Source: an uncultured Candidatus Binatia bacterium (GTDB lineage Bacteria > Desulfobacterota > Binatia > UBA9968 > JAJDTQ01). Taken from it: a stretch of DNA of 64,000 nucleotides. The position numbers and the translations under genes are program-made. The notes beneath the pieces are model-generated. The model saw only the letters and a program-made list of their open reading frames with translations. It did no database searches and was not told where the DNA came from. The stretch lies in assembly GCA_965215605.1 (NCBI GenBank), contig OZ244070.1, positions 2,432,001 to 2,496,000 on the forward strand, read 5' to 3'. Of this stretch, positions 45,110 through 57,808 are shown in pieces (the first letter of the stretch is position 1; each line of letters opens with the position of its first letter).

Positions 45110-46342
45110 ATGTCCACCTGGTGGGTCGTGTTTGCCGGCGCCTTCGCCCACGCCGTCAGCACGGGTCTGGCCTATTTCGGCCTGAGCGCCTACTTCCCGT
45201 CCTTCGAGCGCGAATTCGGCTGGAGCCGCACCGCCATCTCCGGCGCCTTCTCCATGGCCCGGGTGGAGTCCGGCCTGCTGGGGCCTGCCGAAGGGTATAT
45301 GACCGACCGCCTCGGTCCGAAGCGGGTCATGTACCTGGGCATCGTGATCTGCGCCCTGGGTTTCCTCGGCATGAGCCTGGTGAACTCCCTGCCGATGCTC
45401 TACGTCACCATCGTCGTGGGCATCGTGCTGGGTTCCAGCGTTGGATTCTACATTCCCGTCAGCGTGGTCGTGGCCACGCTGTTTCGCGCCCGCCGCAGCC
45501 TCGCCTTCGGCATCTTCCGCATGGGCCCGGGACTCTCCGGTCTGATGGTGCCGTTGGTGGGTCTCATGATCGTGTGGTGGGGTTGGCGCACGGCGTCGGT
45601 GGCCTCGGCGGTGATCATCGTGGTCATGGGCTGGCCGCTGGCCCGTGCCATCGGAAACGCCTATGAACGGCGCGCCGGCGTGGAGCCGCCAGCGAATCCG
45701 CCAGCCCCTGGCGCTGCCGCGAAAACCCCGCCGCCCGAGGTCTCGCTGACGCTCAAGGAGACGCTGCGCACGCGGTCGTTCTGGCTTCTCGCCGCGGTCA
45801 TGGGCCTGCGTCAGATGGTCACGGAGGGGATCTCGGTCCACCTCGTGATTCTCCTGGTGGACCGGGGCTGGAAGCAGGAGGTGGCAGCCGGACTGCTCGG
45901 GACTTCCGCCCTCATCGGCGTCCCGTCGCGCCTGGCTTTCGGCTGGATGGGAGACTTCATCGACAAGCGCAAGCTCATGATCGGCCTGCTCGCCGCGCTG
46001 AGCGTTTCGGTCCTGACCATGGGAATGACCACCTCCTCCGCGTGGTTCATGGCCGGGCTGGTGGTGTACTCCCTTTGCTACGGCGGCCTCGCCTCGCTCC
46101 AGGAACCCATCCGCGCCGACTACTTCGGCATCCGCCACTTCGCCAGCATCCAGGGCTTCAGCCGCCTGTTCGTCACCGCCGGCAGCGTCATGGGCCCCGT
46201 CAGCGCAGGCTTCTTCTACGATCTGACCCAGAGTTATACCGTGCCCCTCACGATCTTCGCCGGCTCCGCCTTCACTTCCACCGTGCTGATGTTCTGGACA
46301 CTGCCGCCGGCCAAGCCCCGCTCGAACTCCACGCCTCCGTAG
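45110..46342 (+). CDS. MFS transporter
   Basis: FGWSRT, TDRLGPKR, ADYFG; about 12 TM segments. Start could be 45077 or 45110. Confidence 0.85.
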   Translation: MSTWWVVFAGAFAHAVSTGLAYFGLSAYFPSFEREFGWSRTAISGAFSMARVESGLLGPAEGYMTDRLGPKRVMYLGIVICALGFLGMSLVNSLPMLYVTIVVGIVLGSSVGFYIPVSVVVATLFRARRSLAFGIFRMGPGLSGLMVPLVGLMIVWWGWRTASVASAVIIVVMGWPLARAIGNAYERRAGVEPPANPPAPGAAAKTPPPEVSLTLKETLRTRSFWLLAAVMGLRQMVTEGISVHLVILLVDRGWKQEVAAGLLGTSALIGVPSRLAFGWMGDFIDKRKLMIGLLAALSVSVLTMGMTTSSAWFMAGLVVYSLCYGGLASLQEPIRADYFGIRHFASIQGFSRLFVTAGSVMGPVSAGFFYDLTQSYTVPLTIFAGSAFTSTVLMFWTLPPAKPRSNSTPP

Positions 46343-46381
46343 ACCCGAACCGCCGCCCTGCGGCCCCGAACGCTGTCTCCC

Positions 46382-46448
46382 TCACCCCGGACCACTCCTC
46401 CAGGATCCCGGGTCAGGCCCGGGATGACGGAGGGGTGGTCCGGCGTGA
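46382..46448. repeat. Nested inverted repeat, REP-like element
   Basis: 20-nt outer arms TCACCCCGGACCACTCCTCC / GGAGGGGTGGTCCGGCGTGA (2 mismatches) enclosing ATCCCGGG-TCAGG-CCCGGGAT-GAC. Confidence 0.6.
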
Positions 46449-46487
46449 AGTTGCAGCGGACATTCGTTCATTGTACTCGTGAAGGGC

Positions 46488-46970
46488 ATGAGCGAATCCG
46501 GATTCAGCGTTCCCAGGGAGGAGAGGTACTTCGAGGATTACGTGGCGGGCTCGGTGCATGAATTCGGCCCGGTGAGCCTGAACGAGACAGAGATCGTCGA
46601 CTTCGGCAAGCGTTTCGTGCCGCAGCCGTATCACGTCGATCCGGAGCTTGCGAAAAAGACCATTTACAAGGGGCTCATCGCCAGCGGCTGGCACACCGCC
46701 GCGGCCATGATGCGGGTCTATTCCGACAACTATCTCTCGGCGGTTGCCAACCTCGGGTCCCCGGGGGTGGACGAGCTCCGCTGGAACAAGCCCGTGCGGC
46801 CGGGTGACCGGTTGACGGTGCGCGTCACGGTGCTGGAGACCCGCAGGTCGAGTTCGAAGCCGGAACGCGGCATCGTCAACTCGTTCCTGGAGACCCTGAA
46901 TCAGGACGGCGACGTGGTCATGAGCATGAAGATGATCAACTTCATGACCGCCCGGCAGGCGCCCGCATAG
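46488..46970 (+). CDS. MaoC-family dehydratase
   Basis: RYFEDY, PQPYHVD, GLIASGWHT, LRWNKPVRPGD. Confidence 0.88.
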   Translation: MSESGFSVPREERYFEDYVAGSVHEFGPVSLNETEIVDFGKRFVPQPYHVDPELAKKTIYKGLIASGWHTAAAMMRVYSDNYLSAVANLGSPGVDELRWNKPVRPGDRLTVRVTVLETRRSSSKPERGIVNSFLETLNQDGDVVMSMKMINFMTARQAPA

Positions 46971-47028
46971 CATCCCGGGCGAGCAACGCGCGGCAGGTTC
47001 GTTGGCGCACATGGAACGAGGGAGGCGC

Positions 47029-48033
47029 GTGATCTACGACATCGAAATCAACTCCGCGGCGCATTACCCGGCGGCGGACGTGGTGGGTCTGGTGGAGCGG
47101 GCGGAGCAGGCCGGGTTCGGCGCGTTCTGGAAGGGCGAGTCCAACAGCACCGACCCCATGGTGCTGATCTCCGCGGCGGCCAGCCGCACCAGCACCATCA
47201 AGCTGGGGACCGCCATCTACCACATCTACGGCCGCAGCCCGGTGACGCTGGGGTTGCAGGCGGCCACGCTCCAGGACCTCTCCGGCGGACGCGTGCTGCT
47301 GGGGCTGGGGGTGGCCAACAAGGCCATCGCGGCCTGGCACGGAGGGGTCTTCGACCGTCCGCTGCGGCGCGCGCGGGAGTACATGGAGGTCGTGCGCAAG
47401 GTGGTGGCTGGGGAGCGGGTCGAGTACGAAGGGGAGATCTACAGCACCGGCAAGCGCTTCCAGCTCTCGTGGAAGCCGCGGCACCCGCTTATGCCCGTCT
47501 ATCTTGCCGGCCTGGGGCCGCAGATGACACGACTGGCGGGAAGGATATCGGACGGAGTCTTCATCAACATGGCCACGCCCGAGAAGATCCGCGAGATCGC
47601 GGATCGGACCCAGGCGGCGGCCCAGGCCGTTGGACGAGGCCCGGTCGACGTCATCGGAAAGGTGCGCGTGTCCCTCAATGCGGACCGCGAGGTGGCGCGC
47701 TCCAAGCTCCGGCAGGCGCTGACGTTCTACAACATCGCGGACCACTACAGCGACATGCTGCGGGAACAGGGCTTCGTCGCCGAGGTGGATGCAATTCAGG
47801 AGGCGTTCCGGAGCGGCGGCTTCAAGGCGGCCATGGGCGCCCTCACCGACGACTACATGGACCGGCTGCCGGTGATCCCGGCGACGTCGGTGGCGGAGAT
47901 CAAGGACCGGTTGGCGCCGTACATGGAGGCAGGGGTGACGCGGATGGTGGTGCCGTACGTTCCCGTCAGCGAGCCCGCCGCCGAGGACGCCGAGCGGTTC
48001 ATCACCGCCTGGGGCGAGGACGCCGCCGGCTGA
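47029..48033 (+). CDS. LLM-class (Mer-like) flavin-dependent oxidoreductase
   Basis: TSTIKLGT, TLQDLSGGRVLLGLG, PVYLAGLGPQM; GGAGG RBS before GTG. Confidence 0.88.
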   Translation: MIYDIEINSAAHYPAADVVGLVERAEQAGFGAFWKGESNSTDPMVLISAAASRTSTIKLGTAIYHIYGRSPVTLGLQAATLQDLSGGRVLLGLGVANKAIAAWHGGVFDRPLRRAREYMEVVRKVVAGERVEYEGEIYSTGKRFQLSWKPRHPLMPVYLAGLGPQMTRLAGRISDGVFINMATPEKIREIADRTQAAAQAVGRGPVDVIGKVRVSLNADREVARSKLRQALTFYNIADHYSDMLREQGFVAEVDAIQEAFRSGGFKAAMGALTDDYMDRLPVIPATSVAEIKDRLAPYMEAGVTRMVVPYVPVSEPAAEDAERFITAWGEDAAG

Positions 48034-48072
48034 TGCGGCGACGAGACTACGGAATACGAAAGCGAGGAAACA

Positions 48073-49086
48073 ATGTGTGATTTCGCAGCAGACGCGGAAG
48101 CCGCCGGCATCCTGGTGGGCCGGACCCTTACCCTGGAACGCGTCCGCCAACTCAACGCCAAGGACTACTTCTACCAGATGCTCAAGGACAACCCCGAGAT
48201 GCTCAAGATCTACCCGGGCATCGAGGACGAGTTGCTTGAGGACGCCATCGACTGCCACATCCACGCCTATCCCGACTTCGTGCACCGATCCCAGGACATG
48301 ATCCAGATCGCGGTGGATGCGTCCAAGGCCGGCATGCGGGCACTGGCCTTCAAGGACCATTGGAACGTCAGCGCCAACGCCTGTTACGTCGTGCAGCGCC
48401 ACATCGACCACCTCGTCGAGACGGGGGAGTTGGAAAATCGGGTGGAGGTCTACGGCGGCTGCGGCATGTGCTACGGCATGAACCCCGAGTACGTCCGGAT
48501 AGCGCTCCAGTACCCCAATGCCAAGATGATCTGGTTCCCGACCTTCACCTCGTTCGGGTTCTGGCGCAGCGCCGGCCATCCGGAGAAGGGCGGCGTGCGC
48601 CTGGTGAGCGAGGAGGGCGAGGTGCTGCCGGAGGTGGTGGAGATCATGAAGATGGCGGTGGAGAACAAGGTCGGCATCGGCTTCGGCCACACCGACTTCG
48701 AGGAACTCCTGCCGCTGTGCAAGAAGGCCAAGGAGCTGGGCGTTCGGGCCACCCTGGACCATCCGCTGCTGGAGCTCAACAAGCTGCTGCTGGACGAGAT
48801 GAAGGAGCTGGCGGACTTGGGCGTGTACGTGGGCACCTACTGCCAGCCCATGATCCCGAGCCTCTACCAGCCCATCGCCGATCCCATGGAGACCGTCAAG
48901 ACCATCGCCGAGATCGGCCCCGAGCGCTGCATCATCGGCAGCGACTTCGGCCAGGTGCTGCACCTGAACGCCGTCGACGGCATGCGCGTGTTCATCCGCG
49001 CGCTGCTGGGGTTCGGCATCACCAAGGATCAGATTTCCATCATGCTCAAGGACAATCCGGCCAAGCTCATGTGGCTGGACGACTGA
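48073..49086 (+). CDS. Amidohydrolase-fold metal-dependent hydrolase (DUF6282-like)
   Basis: IDCHIH, KDH, WFPT, GH, DHP, SDFGQ, NPAKL. Confidence 0.7.
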   Translation: MCDFAADAEAAGILVGRTLTLERVRQLNAKDYFYQMLKDNPEMLKIYPGIEDELLEDAIDCHIHAYPDFVHRSQDMIQIAVDASKAGMRALAFKDHWNVSANACYVVQRHIDHLVETGELENRVEVYGGCGMCYGMNPEYVRIALQYPNAKMIWFPTFTSFGFWRSAGHPEKGGVRLVSEEGEVLPEVVEIMKMAVENKVGIGFGHTDFEELLPLCKKAKELGVRATLDHPLLELNKLLLDEMKELADLGVYVGTYCQPMIPSLYQPIADPMETVKTIAEIGPERCIIGSDFGQVLHLNAVDGMRVFIRALLGFGITKDQISIMLKDNPAKLMWLDD

Positions 49087-49115
49087 GAGAGCGAACAGAG
49101 AAGGAGTCGACGGAA

Positions 49116-50789
49116 ATGGCCGAACCACTGAACCGGCACAGCCGGGCCATCACCCAAGGGCCGGACCGGGCGCCGTCCCGGGCCATGTTCAAGGCGGTAG
49201 GGTTGACGGACGAGGATCTCGACAAGCCGCTGGTGGGCGTCGCCAACACCTGGATCGAGGTGATGCCGTGCAACTTCCACCTGCGCCGGCTCTCGGCCAA
49301 GGTGAAGGAGGGCATCCGCGCCGCCGGCGGAACGCCCATCGAGTTCAACACCGTGGCGGTCTCCGACGGCATCTCCATGGGCACCGAGGGGATGAAGGCC
49401 TCGCTCATCAGCCGCGAGGTCATCGCCGATTCCATCGAGCTGGTGACCCGCGGGCACCTGTTCGACGCGGTGGTGGCGCTGTCGGGCTGCGACAAGACCA
49501 TCCCGGGCACGGTCATGGCCCTGGCGCGGCTGGACCTGCCGTCGCTGATGCTCTACGGCGGCTCCATCATGCCGGGACGGTTCCAGGGGCGCGACGTGAC
49601 CATCCAGGATGTGTTTGAGGGGGTGGGCGCCCACGCCGCCAAGAAGATGACCGATGCCGAGCTGCTGGACCTGGAGAGCCGTGCCTGTCCCGGCCCGGGC
49701 GCGTGCGGTGGACAGTTCACTGCCAACACCATGGCCACCGCCTTCGAGATCCTGGGGATCTCTCCCATCGGCAGCGCCAGCGTGCCGGCCATGGACGACA
49801 GCAAGGACGACGTCGCCTACCGCGCCGGCGAGATGGTCATGGATCTGGTGCGCAAGAACCTGACCGCGCGGCAGGTCATCACCCGCGAGGCACTGGAGAA
49901 CGCCGTGGCCTCCATCGCGGCCACCGGCGGTTCCACCAACGGCGTGCTGCACCTCCTCGGCGTGGCCCGCGAGGCGGAAGTCGACCTGCGCATCGACGAT
50001 TTCGACCGCATCAGCTCCCGGACGCCGCTGATCGCGGACCTGAAGCCCGGCGGCCGCTTCGTGGCCAACGACCTCTACCGGGCCGGCGGGATTCCGCTGG
50101 TGGCGCGCCGCCTGCTGGACGCCGGCCGGCTGAACGGTGATTGCATGACCGTCACCGGGAAGACCCTGGGCCAGGAGGTCGGGGAAGCCGAGGAGACTCC
50201 CGGCCAGGAGGTGGTACGGCCGGTGTCCGAGCCGCTCAAGCCCACCGGCGGGCTCGTGATCCTCAGGGGCAACCTGGCGCCCGAGGGCTGCGTGGTCAAG
50301 GTGGCAGGGCACGAGCGCACGCGCCACAGCGGTCCGGCGCGGGTGTTCGACCGCGAGGAAGACTCCTTCAAGGCGGTGCAGAATGGAGAGATCGAGGAAG
50401 GCGACGTGGTGGTGATCCGCTACGAGGGCCCCATGGGCGGTCCGGGCATGCGCGAGATGCTGGGCGTCACCGCCGCCCTGGTGGGGGCCGGCCTCGGCGA
50501 GTCCGTGGCGCTTCTCACCGACGGCCGTTTCTCCGGCGCCACCCACGGGCTCATGGCCGGCCACGTGGCGCCGGAGGCCGCCAGGGGCGGCCCCATCGCC
50601 GCGGTGCGGGACGGCGACACCATCACGTTCGACGTCGACGCCCGCCGTCTCGACGTGGAGATCTCCGAGGAAGAGATGGACAAGCGCCTGCGGGAGTGGG
50701 AGGCGCCGGAGCCGCGCTACGCCAGCGGCGTCATGGCCAAGTACGCCAAGCTGGTGTCGTCGGCTTCAGAGGGCGCGGTAACGAGGTAA
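49116..50789 (+). CDS. ilvD: Dihydroxy-acid dehydratase
   Basis: [56 protein letters not shown]. Confidence 0.95.
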   Translation: MAEPLNRHSRAITQGPDRAPSRAMFKAVGLTDEDLDKPLVGVANTWIEVMPCNFHLRRLSAKVKEGIRAAGGTPIEFNTVAVSDGISMGTEGMKASLISREVIADSIELVTRGHLFDAVVALSGCDKTIPGTVMALARLDLPSLMLYGGSIMPGRFQGRDVTIQDVFEGVGAHAAKKMTDAELLDLESRACPGPGACGGQFTANTMATAFEILGISPIGSASVPAMDDSKDDVAYRAGEMVMDLVRKNLTARQVITREALENAVASIAATGGSTNGVLHLLGVAREAEVDLRIDDFDRISSRTPLIADLKPGGRFVANDLYRAGGIPLVARRLLDAGRLNGDCMTVTGKTLGQEVGEAEETPGQEVVRPVSEPLKPTGGLVILRGNLAPEGCVVKVAGHERTRHSGPARVFDREEDSFKAVQNGEIEEGDVVVIRYEGPMGGPGMREMLGVTAALVGAGLGESVALLTDGRFSGATHGLMAGHVAPEAARGGPIAAVRDGDTITFDVDARRLDVEISEEEMDKRLREWEAPEPRYASGVMAKYAKLVSSASEGAVTR

Positions 50790-50808
50790 GCGGGAAAGGA
50801 GGTGCACA

Positions 50809-51213
50809 ATGGCCAAGTACAACAAGATGTCCATGCCCCTGAAGGACGTGAAGGACAAGGAGTTTCTGGCGCGCCGGTTGAACTGCGAGGGAGTCGGCTT
50901 CGGCATCGTGCGGATCAAGCCGGGCAAGGGCGCGGAGTACGTGCACCAGCACAAGGTGCAGGAGGAGGTGTTCATGACCCTCAAGGGCGACGGCACCATC
51001 ATCCTGGACGGCCGCCGGATCCCCATGCCCGAGGGCACCGTCATCCGGGTGAGCCCGGAGGTCAACCGCGCCATCGGCAACGACTCCAAGCGCGACGTGG
51101 TGTTCCTGTGCATGGGCGCGGTCCCGCCGAAGGACTTTCCCTTGGGCGGCCGCACGCTGTTGGGCGACGGCATCCCGCACCGGGACAAGGTGCCGCGCTG
51201 GAAGAAGGCGTAG
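50809..51213 (+). CDS. Cupin-domain protein
   Basis: HQHKVQEE...G cupin motif; AAGGAGG RBS. Confidence 0.8.
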   Translation: MAKYNKMSMPLKDVKDKEFLARRLNCEGVGFGIVRIKPGKGAEYVHQHKVQEEVFMTLKGDGTIILDGRRIPMPEGTVIRVSPEVNRAIGNDSKRDVVFLCMGAVPPKDFPLGGRTLLGDGIPHRDKVPRWKKA

Positions 51214-51278
51214 CTCTCCGTTGAACCGTCGCGTCCGCCGTATTAACATGGACGCTACCAAGGGTTCGGAGGCCCTCG

Positions 51279-51593
51279 ATGAGCAAGCGCGAGCACGACC
51301 TCGACCGCGAAGTCGTCGTCGAGACCGAGAAGAAGCTCAAGCGGCCCTCTCTTTTCAAGGTGCTGCTGCACAACGACGACTACACCACCAAGGAGTTCGT
51401 GGTCCAGATCCTGGAGTACGTGTTCAACAAGGACAACACCGAGGCGGTGCAGATCATGATGCACGTGCATCGGAACGGCATGGGGGTGGCCGGGGTCTAC
51501 CCCTACGAGGTGGCGGAGACCAAGGTGAAGACCGTGGAGGGACTGGCGCGCCAGTACGAGTATCCGCTCAAGTGCAGCATCGAAGAGGAATGA
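51279..51593 (+). CDS. clpS: ATP-dependent Clp protease adaptor ClpS
   Basis: VLLHNDDYT, MMHVH..G, EVAETK, YPL. Confidence 0.95.
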   Translation: MSKREHDLDREVVVETEKKLKRPSLFKVLLHNDDYTTKEFVVQILEYVFNKDNTEAVQIMMHVHRNGMGVAGVYPYEVAETKVKTVEGLARQYEYPLKCSIEEE

Positions 51594-51630
51594 ACTTCCG
51601 AGAGCGAATAAGCCTCGAAGGGGCGGGAAC

Positions 51631-53874
<2,244 letters not shown>

Positions 53875-53895
53875 CCCCGGGCCATCTGGGATTGG

Positions 53896-53948
53896 AATTT
53901 AGTCAGTAATCATTGACTAAATTTAGTCAGTAATGATTGACTAAATTT
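53896..53948. repeat. AT-rich tandem of two 24-bp palindromic units
   Basis: AATTTAGTCAGTAATCATTGACTA + AATTTAGTCAGTAATGATTGACTA + AATTT. Confidence 0.85.
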
Positions 53949-54140
53949 GGGCAGCGGTCATCATCCTTCAGTTGTGGCCGCTGTCGATCCCCGCTTTGCC
54001 TCGCACAACCTCCATCTTGAAGATCCGGAGTTGTTCCGCGCCATGGACCCGTGTCCACGGGTTGCCAAACGAGTTGCTGCCCTTGCACCTGCAGCGGTTG
54101 GGTGAATCGCCACACTACGTGACGTGGTGAGAGACTGGGA

Positions 54141-55307
54141 CTATGCCCCTGACCCCTCCCCCTTCTTCAACGGGCTTCCATCCAGCAGATACTCCTGCCG
54201 CGCCAAGGTCTCGGAGCGTTCTTCCTGCAGGTAGCGCTCAAGTGCCTGCCGGAAGCGTTTGTCGCGGATGTAGTGGGCGCTGTAGGTCTTGGCGGGCTCG
54301 AGGCCGCGGAGGTTCTTGAAGCTGCCGCCGGCGCCGGCCTCGAAGCGGACCAGCGATTCGTCGATGCAGTGCTCGATGGCGGCGTAGTAGCACACGTTGA
54401 AGTGCAGGTAGCGGTGGTCCTCGAAGGCGCCCCAGTAGCGGCCGTAGAGGGTGTCGGGGCCGCGGATGTTGAAGGTGCCGGCGATGATGTGACCGTCGCG
54501 TTGGGCGACGATGGGGCAGAGGAACGGGTAGGGCCGCTTCAGCAGCTCGTCGAAGAAGCGGCCGTTCAGGTATTGGTGGCCGTAGTAGAGGCGGTCGATG
54601 TGGTGCTTGTACAATTCGAACATGGTGCGCTGGATGTCCGGGGTGACGTCGTCGTAGGGCAGCGCCCAGATCTGGATGCCCTGGTTTTCCAGTTCCCGCC
54701 GCTCGTGCTTGATCTTGTTGCGCCGACCGCTGCGGAACGCTCCCAGGTAGTCGTCGAAGGTGCCGTAGTTCCGGTTCTGCCAGTGAAACTGGAGCCCGAT
54801 CTTGGGGATGTAGTCCAGGTCCTCCAGCGCCTCCATCTCTTCCTGGTCGCAGAAGTTGATGTGGATGGACGACAACTCGTTGCCGCTGCAGATTTCTACC
54901 AGCGCCCGGCCAAGGATGGCGATGACGCTTCGGCGGTCGATCCCGGGAGCGGTGAGGAAGCGCGACCCTACCACCGGCGTGAAGGGCACGCCCACGAGCA
55001 TCTTGGGATAGTACTCGATGCCCGCCTGCATGGCGTAGCCGGCCCACTGGTGGTCGAAGACGAACTCCCCCATGCTGTGGGACTTGAGGTACATGGGGCA
55101 GGCGCCGAGGATCTCCTTGCCCCGTTCGACCACAAGGTGGTGCGGCGCCCAGCCGGTTTTGTCACAGACGCAGCTCGTTTCCTCCAGGCAGTCCAGCCAG
55201 TCCCAGCGCATGAACGGCGAGCCGTCCCGCAGAAGCGAATCCCACGTCTCTCGCGGCACCTCGTTGATGCGGCGGACGATGCGGACCGAAAGCTGTTCCT
55301 CCCCCAT
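54141..55307 (-). CDS. FemAB-like GNAT protein (DUF482-like)
   Basis: YLKSHSMGEFVFDHQWA, YYPK, PFTPV, QFHWQN, LYGRYWG, LHFNVCYY, FEAGAGG. Confidence 0.88.
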   Translation of the reverse strand: MGEEQLSVRIVRRINEVPRETWDSLLRDGSPFMRWDWLDCLEETSCVCDKTGWAPHHLVVERGKEILGACPMYLKSHSMGEFVFDHQWAGYAMQAGIEYYPKMLVGVPFTPVVGSRFLTAPGIDRRSVIAILGRALVEICSGNELSSIHINFCDQEEMEALEDLDYIPKIGLQFHWQNRNYGTFDDYLGAFRSGRRNKIKHERRELENQGIQIWALPYDDVTPDIQRTMFELYKHHIDRLYYGHQYLNGRFFDELLKRPYPFLCPIVAQRDGHIIAGTFNIRGPDTLYGRYWGAFEDHRYLHFNVCYYAAIEHCIDESLVRFEAGAGGSFKNLRGLEPAKTYSAHYIRDKRFRQALERYLQEERSETLARQEYLLDGSPLKKGEGSGA

Positions 55308-55358
55308 GGCCCCACCTTCTTGCCAGAAGGGCCGGAGCAGGTCTAGTCAGTAGAGACC

Positions 55359-56234
55359 GTGACTCTCTTCGCTCTGACCCTCCTCCTGGCGGCCGCCTTC
55401 ATCCACGCCACCTGGAACCTCCTGCTCAAGCGAGCCGAGGGCGGGCCGGTGTTTCAATGGCTTTTCGCCGTGCTGTCCGTGGGCCTGTACCTGCCTGCCG
55501 TACTGGTGCTGAATGGGGTTCGGCCGATCCACCTGGACGCGAACGTTGTTGCCGTGATCGCCGGGAGCAGCCTGTTGCACACGCTCTACTACGGCGTGCT
55601 CCAGCGGGGCTACCGGGCGGGCGACCTGTCCGTGGTCTACCCCCTGGCCCGTGGCACCGGACCTTTCCTGGCCGTCATCGGCGCGGTGCTGATATTTGGC
55701 GAGCGTCCCGGCGCGGGGGTCCTCGCCGGCGGCCTGCTCATCATCCTGGGCGTCTTCGTGTTGAGCGGCGGAGGCGCTTGGTCCCGCCGAGATGATCCGG
55801 CCCGGTCCGCGGTGTGGTATGGCCTGGCCACCGGCGTGGTGATCGCCAGTTATACGCTTTGGGACAAGAATGCCGTAACCGGATGGTCCATTGCGCCGCT
55901 ACTGCTCGATTGGGGCACCAACTGCGGTCGCTCCATCCTGTTGGCGCCCATCGCCATGCACCGCCGGGGCGAATTGCGCGCGGCCTGGCGAAACCATCGA
56001 CGGGAGGCGCTGGGGGTCGCGCTGCTCAACCCGCTGGCCTACATCCTCGTGCTGACGGCGTTGCGGGTCACGCCCGTGAGTCACATCGCGCCCGCCCGGG
56101 AGATCAGTATCCTGATCGGCTCGTTGATGGGAATACGCCTGCTCGGAGAAGGGGATCCGAAGGTACGGCTGCTGGGCGCGGCAAGCATGACGCTGGGTCT
56201 GCTGCTCATCGTGACGAGTGGAACGGCGCCCTGA
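55359..56234 (-). other. Antisense ORFs over this interval are not supported; see the plus-strand DMT CDS
   Basis: The short minus-strand ORFs here lack motifs and are shadows of the plus-strand gene. Confidence 0.3.
55359..56234 (+). CDS. EamA/DMT-family transporter
   Basis: HATWNLL, GDLSVVYPLARGTGP, YTLWDK, APAREISI; about 10 TM segments. Confidence 0.88.
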   Translation: MTLFALTLLLAAAFIHATWNLLLKRAEGGPVFQWLFAVLSVGLYLPAVLVLNGVRPIHLDANVVAVIAGSSLLHTLYYGVLQRGYRAGDLSVVYPLARGTGPFLAVIGAVLIFGERPGAGVLAGGLLIILGVFVLSGGGAWSRRDDPARSAVWYGLATGVVIASYTLWDKNAVTGWSIAPLLLDWGTNCGRSILLAPIAMHRRGELRAAWRNHRREALGVALLNPLAYILVLTALRVTPVSHIAPAREISILIGSLMGIRLLGEGDPKVRLLGAASMTLGLLLIVTSGTAP

Positions 56235-56244
56235 TCCGCGGGCT

Positions 56245-57147
56245 TCACCGGCGCCGGCGCTTCTGGAAGCTGGGGTCGGGCGTCCCCTTCCAGCAGCGGG
56301 CGACGAAGGGATAGCCCTCGGTGATGAAGTAGGCGTAGGAACCGCTGGGGAATTCGGCGGACCGGGTCACGGCGCCGTTGCATTCATCCAGGTCGCCGCT
56401 GCCGGCGACGTATTGCCAGTCCTGCACGAAGGCCCCGTCATGGGCGCCGTCCGGTTCGTCCCCGCCGGGGCGCGCGGCGGATTTCAGCCGGTAGGAAGCG
56501 CGGACCCTCTGTATGCCGTTGCCCAGGTCGCCGGTGATTGCATAGATAGGAAAGCCGTCCGCTGCCCAGCCGATCAGGGGCGAGTGAGCATCCGCGCTCC
56601 AGCCCAGTTGCCGCAGCAGGCCCGTGGGCAGCGCGTGATAATGGTAGGCGCCGGTCCGTTGGACGTGGGCATGGTTGGCATCCAGCCCCAGCCGGACCGC
56701 GCCCCCGAGGGCGTCGTAGTTCCAGCCGCCCCGGCGCTCGCCATGCCAGTATTCCGCGGTGCCGGCCTCGAACGGAACGCCGTTGACGGCCACGCCCCAA
56801 AGCCAGCGACGCGCGTCGGTGGCCCTGTCTGTCCGTTTCGGTTCGGTGGTGACGGTGAGGAGGTAGTCTTGCGGGCCGATGGTGTGGGGGTTGCCGCGGT
56901 TGGGAAAGGCTCCCACCGGGTGCGCCGGGATGCCGTTGGAACGGATCGTCCGGGTCGTGCCGGACACGTCGATGGAAGCTCGCGGGGAGCCCGCCGTCTC
57001 GCTTGCGGGCCTGAGCGTCACTTCGGCCGTCTCGGTTGCGGTATGATACCGGGCCGGCGGGCGACCTGTCCGTTGCGCCATGGCCGTTGCCGTGAACAGC
57101 ACCACGCCGGCGGTGGCACCTGCTACGATACAGAAGATCGCTTTCAT
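56245..57147 (-). CDS. YHYH-domain protein, exported
   Basis: Signal peptide; SNGIP.H, GVAVNGV, HAHVQ..GAYHYH, PLIGWAADGFPIY, GDLDECNG, YAYF. Confidence 0.85.
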   Translation of the reverse strand: MKAIFCIVAGATAGVVLFTATAMAQRTGRPPARYHTATETAEVTLRPASETAGSPRASIDVSGTTRTIRSNGIPAHPVGAFPNRGNPHTIGPQDYLLTVTTEPKRTDRATDARRWLWGVAVNGVPFEAGTAEYWHGERRGGWNYDALGGAVRLGLDANHAHVQRTGAYHYHALPTGLLRQLGWSADAHSPLIGWAADGFPIYAITGDLGNGIQRVRASYRLKSAARPGGDEPDGAHDGAFVQDWQYVAGSGDLDECNGAVTRSAEFPSGSYAYFITEGYPFVARCWKGTPDPSFQKRRRR

Positions 57148-57157
57148 CGGGATTCCG

Positions 57158-57808
57158 CTATTCGATGGTCAGGTAGCGTTCCAGGCGGGTTGCCTCGCCC
57201 TTGTCGGCGTGAGCGCCCACGCGGCTGCGGAAGTCCTCCATGCTGGCGAAGGGGCGGGACTCCTGGATCAGCTTGAGGATTCCGTCGTTGAGCCCGGGGA
57301 TCGTGCGCAGGTGTGCGTCGCTGGCGCCGTTCAACTTGATGGGCACGAAGACGTACTGTTCAAGGCGGGCGACCTCCGCGTCATCGACGTACTTGCCGAT
57401 CTCGCGCTGGAACTCCGCCAGCGCTCGGTACGGCCGGTATTCGCGGAACTCCCAGCTCATGCGGCGGCCGACCCCCGGAACCATGCGGATGGCCTCGACG
57501 TTGGCGTTGTTCAGGTTGATGGGGAGGAACAGGCGGACGTAGAGCTCCTTGCGCTGCTCCGCGCTCAAGGCCGGCGCCAGCGCCTTGTCCAGCGCCTCCA
57601 TGTTCAGGTACGGCCTGCCGGCGACAACGCGGCCGGCCAGATCAGGATTCAGTCCGGGCAGACCGGCGAGCTCTTCCGCACCGGCGGTGTTGGGGTTGAG
57701 CACGCCCATGTTCTTTCCCACCTGAGCCCGCGCATGCGGGGCTGCGGCAAGGGACAGGACCAAGCCGGCCAGCAGCAAGACGGGGACGATGATCGGTCGG
57801 TTGTTCAC
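57158..57808 (-). CDS. Exported protein with three ComEA/PsbU-like helix-hairpin-helix repeats
   Basis: Signal peptide ending ARA-Q; repeats NPNTA..EL..LPG..RPY / NLNNA..I..VPGVG..RPY / KLNGA..L..IPG..RPF; GGAG RBS before GTG. Confidence 0.8.
   Translation of the reverse strand: MNNRPIIVPVLLLAGLVLSLAAAPHARAQVGKNMGVLNPNTAGAEELAGLPGLNPDLAGRVVAGRPYLNMEALDKALAPALSAEQRKELYVRLFLPINLNNANVEAIRMVPGVGRRMSWEFREYRPYRALAEFQREIGKYVDDAEVARLEQYVFVPIKLNGASDAHLRTIPGLNDGILKLIQESRPFASMEDFRSRVGAHADKGEATRLERYLTIE

Noticed and set aside
53896-53948. CRISPR array or IscR type 1 site
   Set aside because: Only two abutting units with no spacers and no cas genes. The GACT-N6-AGTC spacing is one base longer than the IscR type 1 consensus, and no regulated gene start is adjacent.
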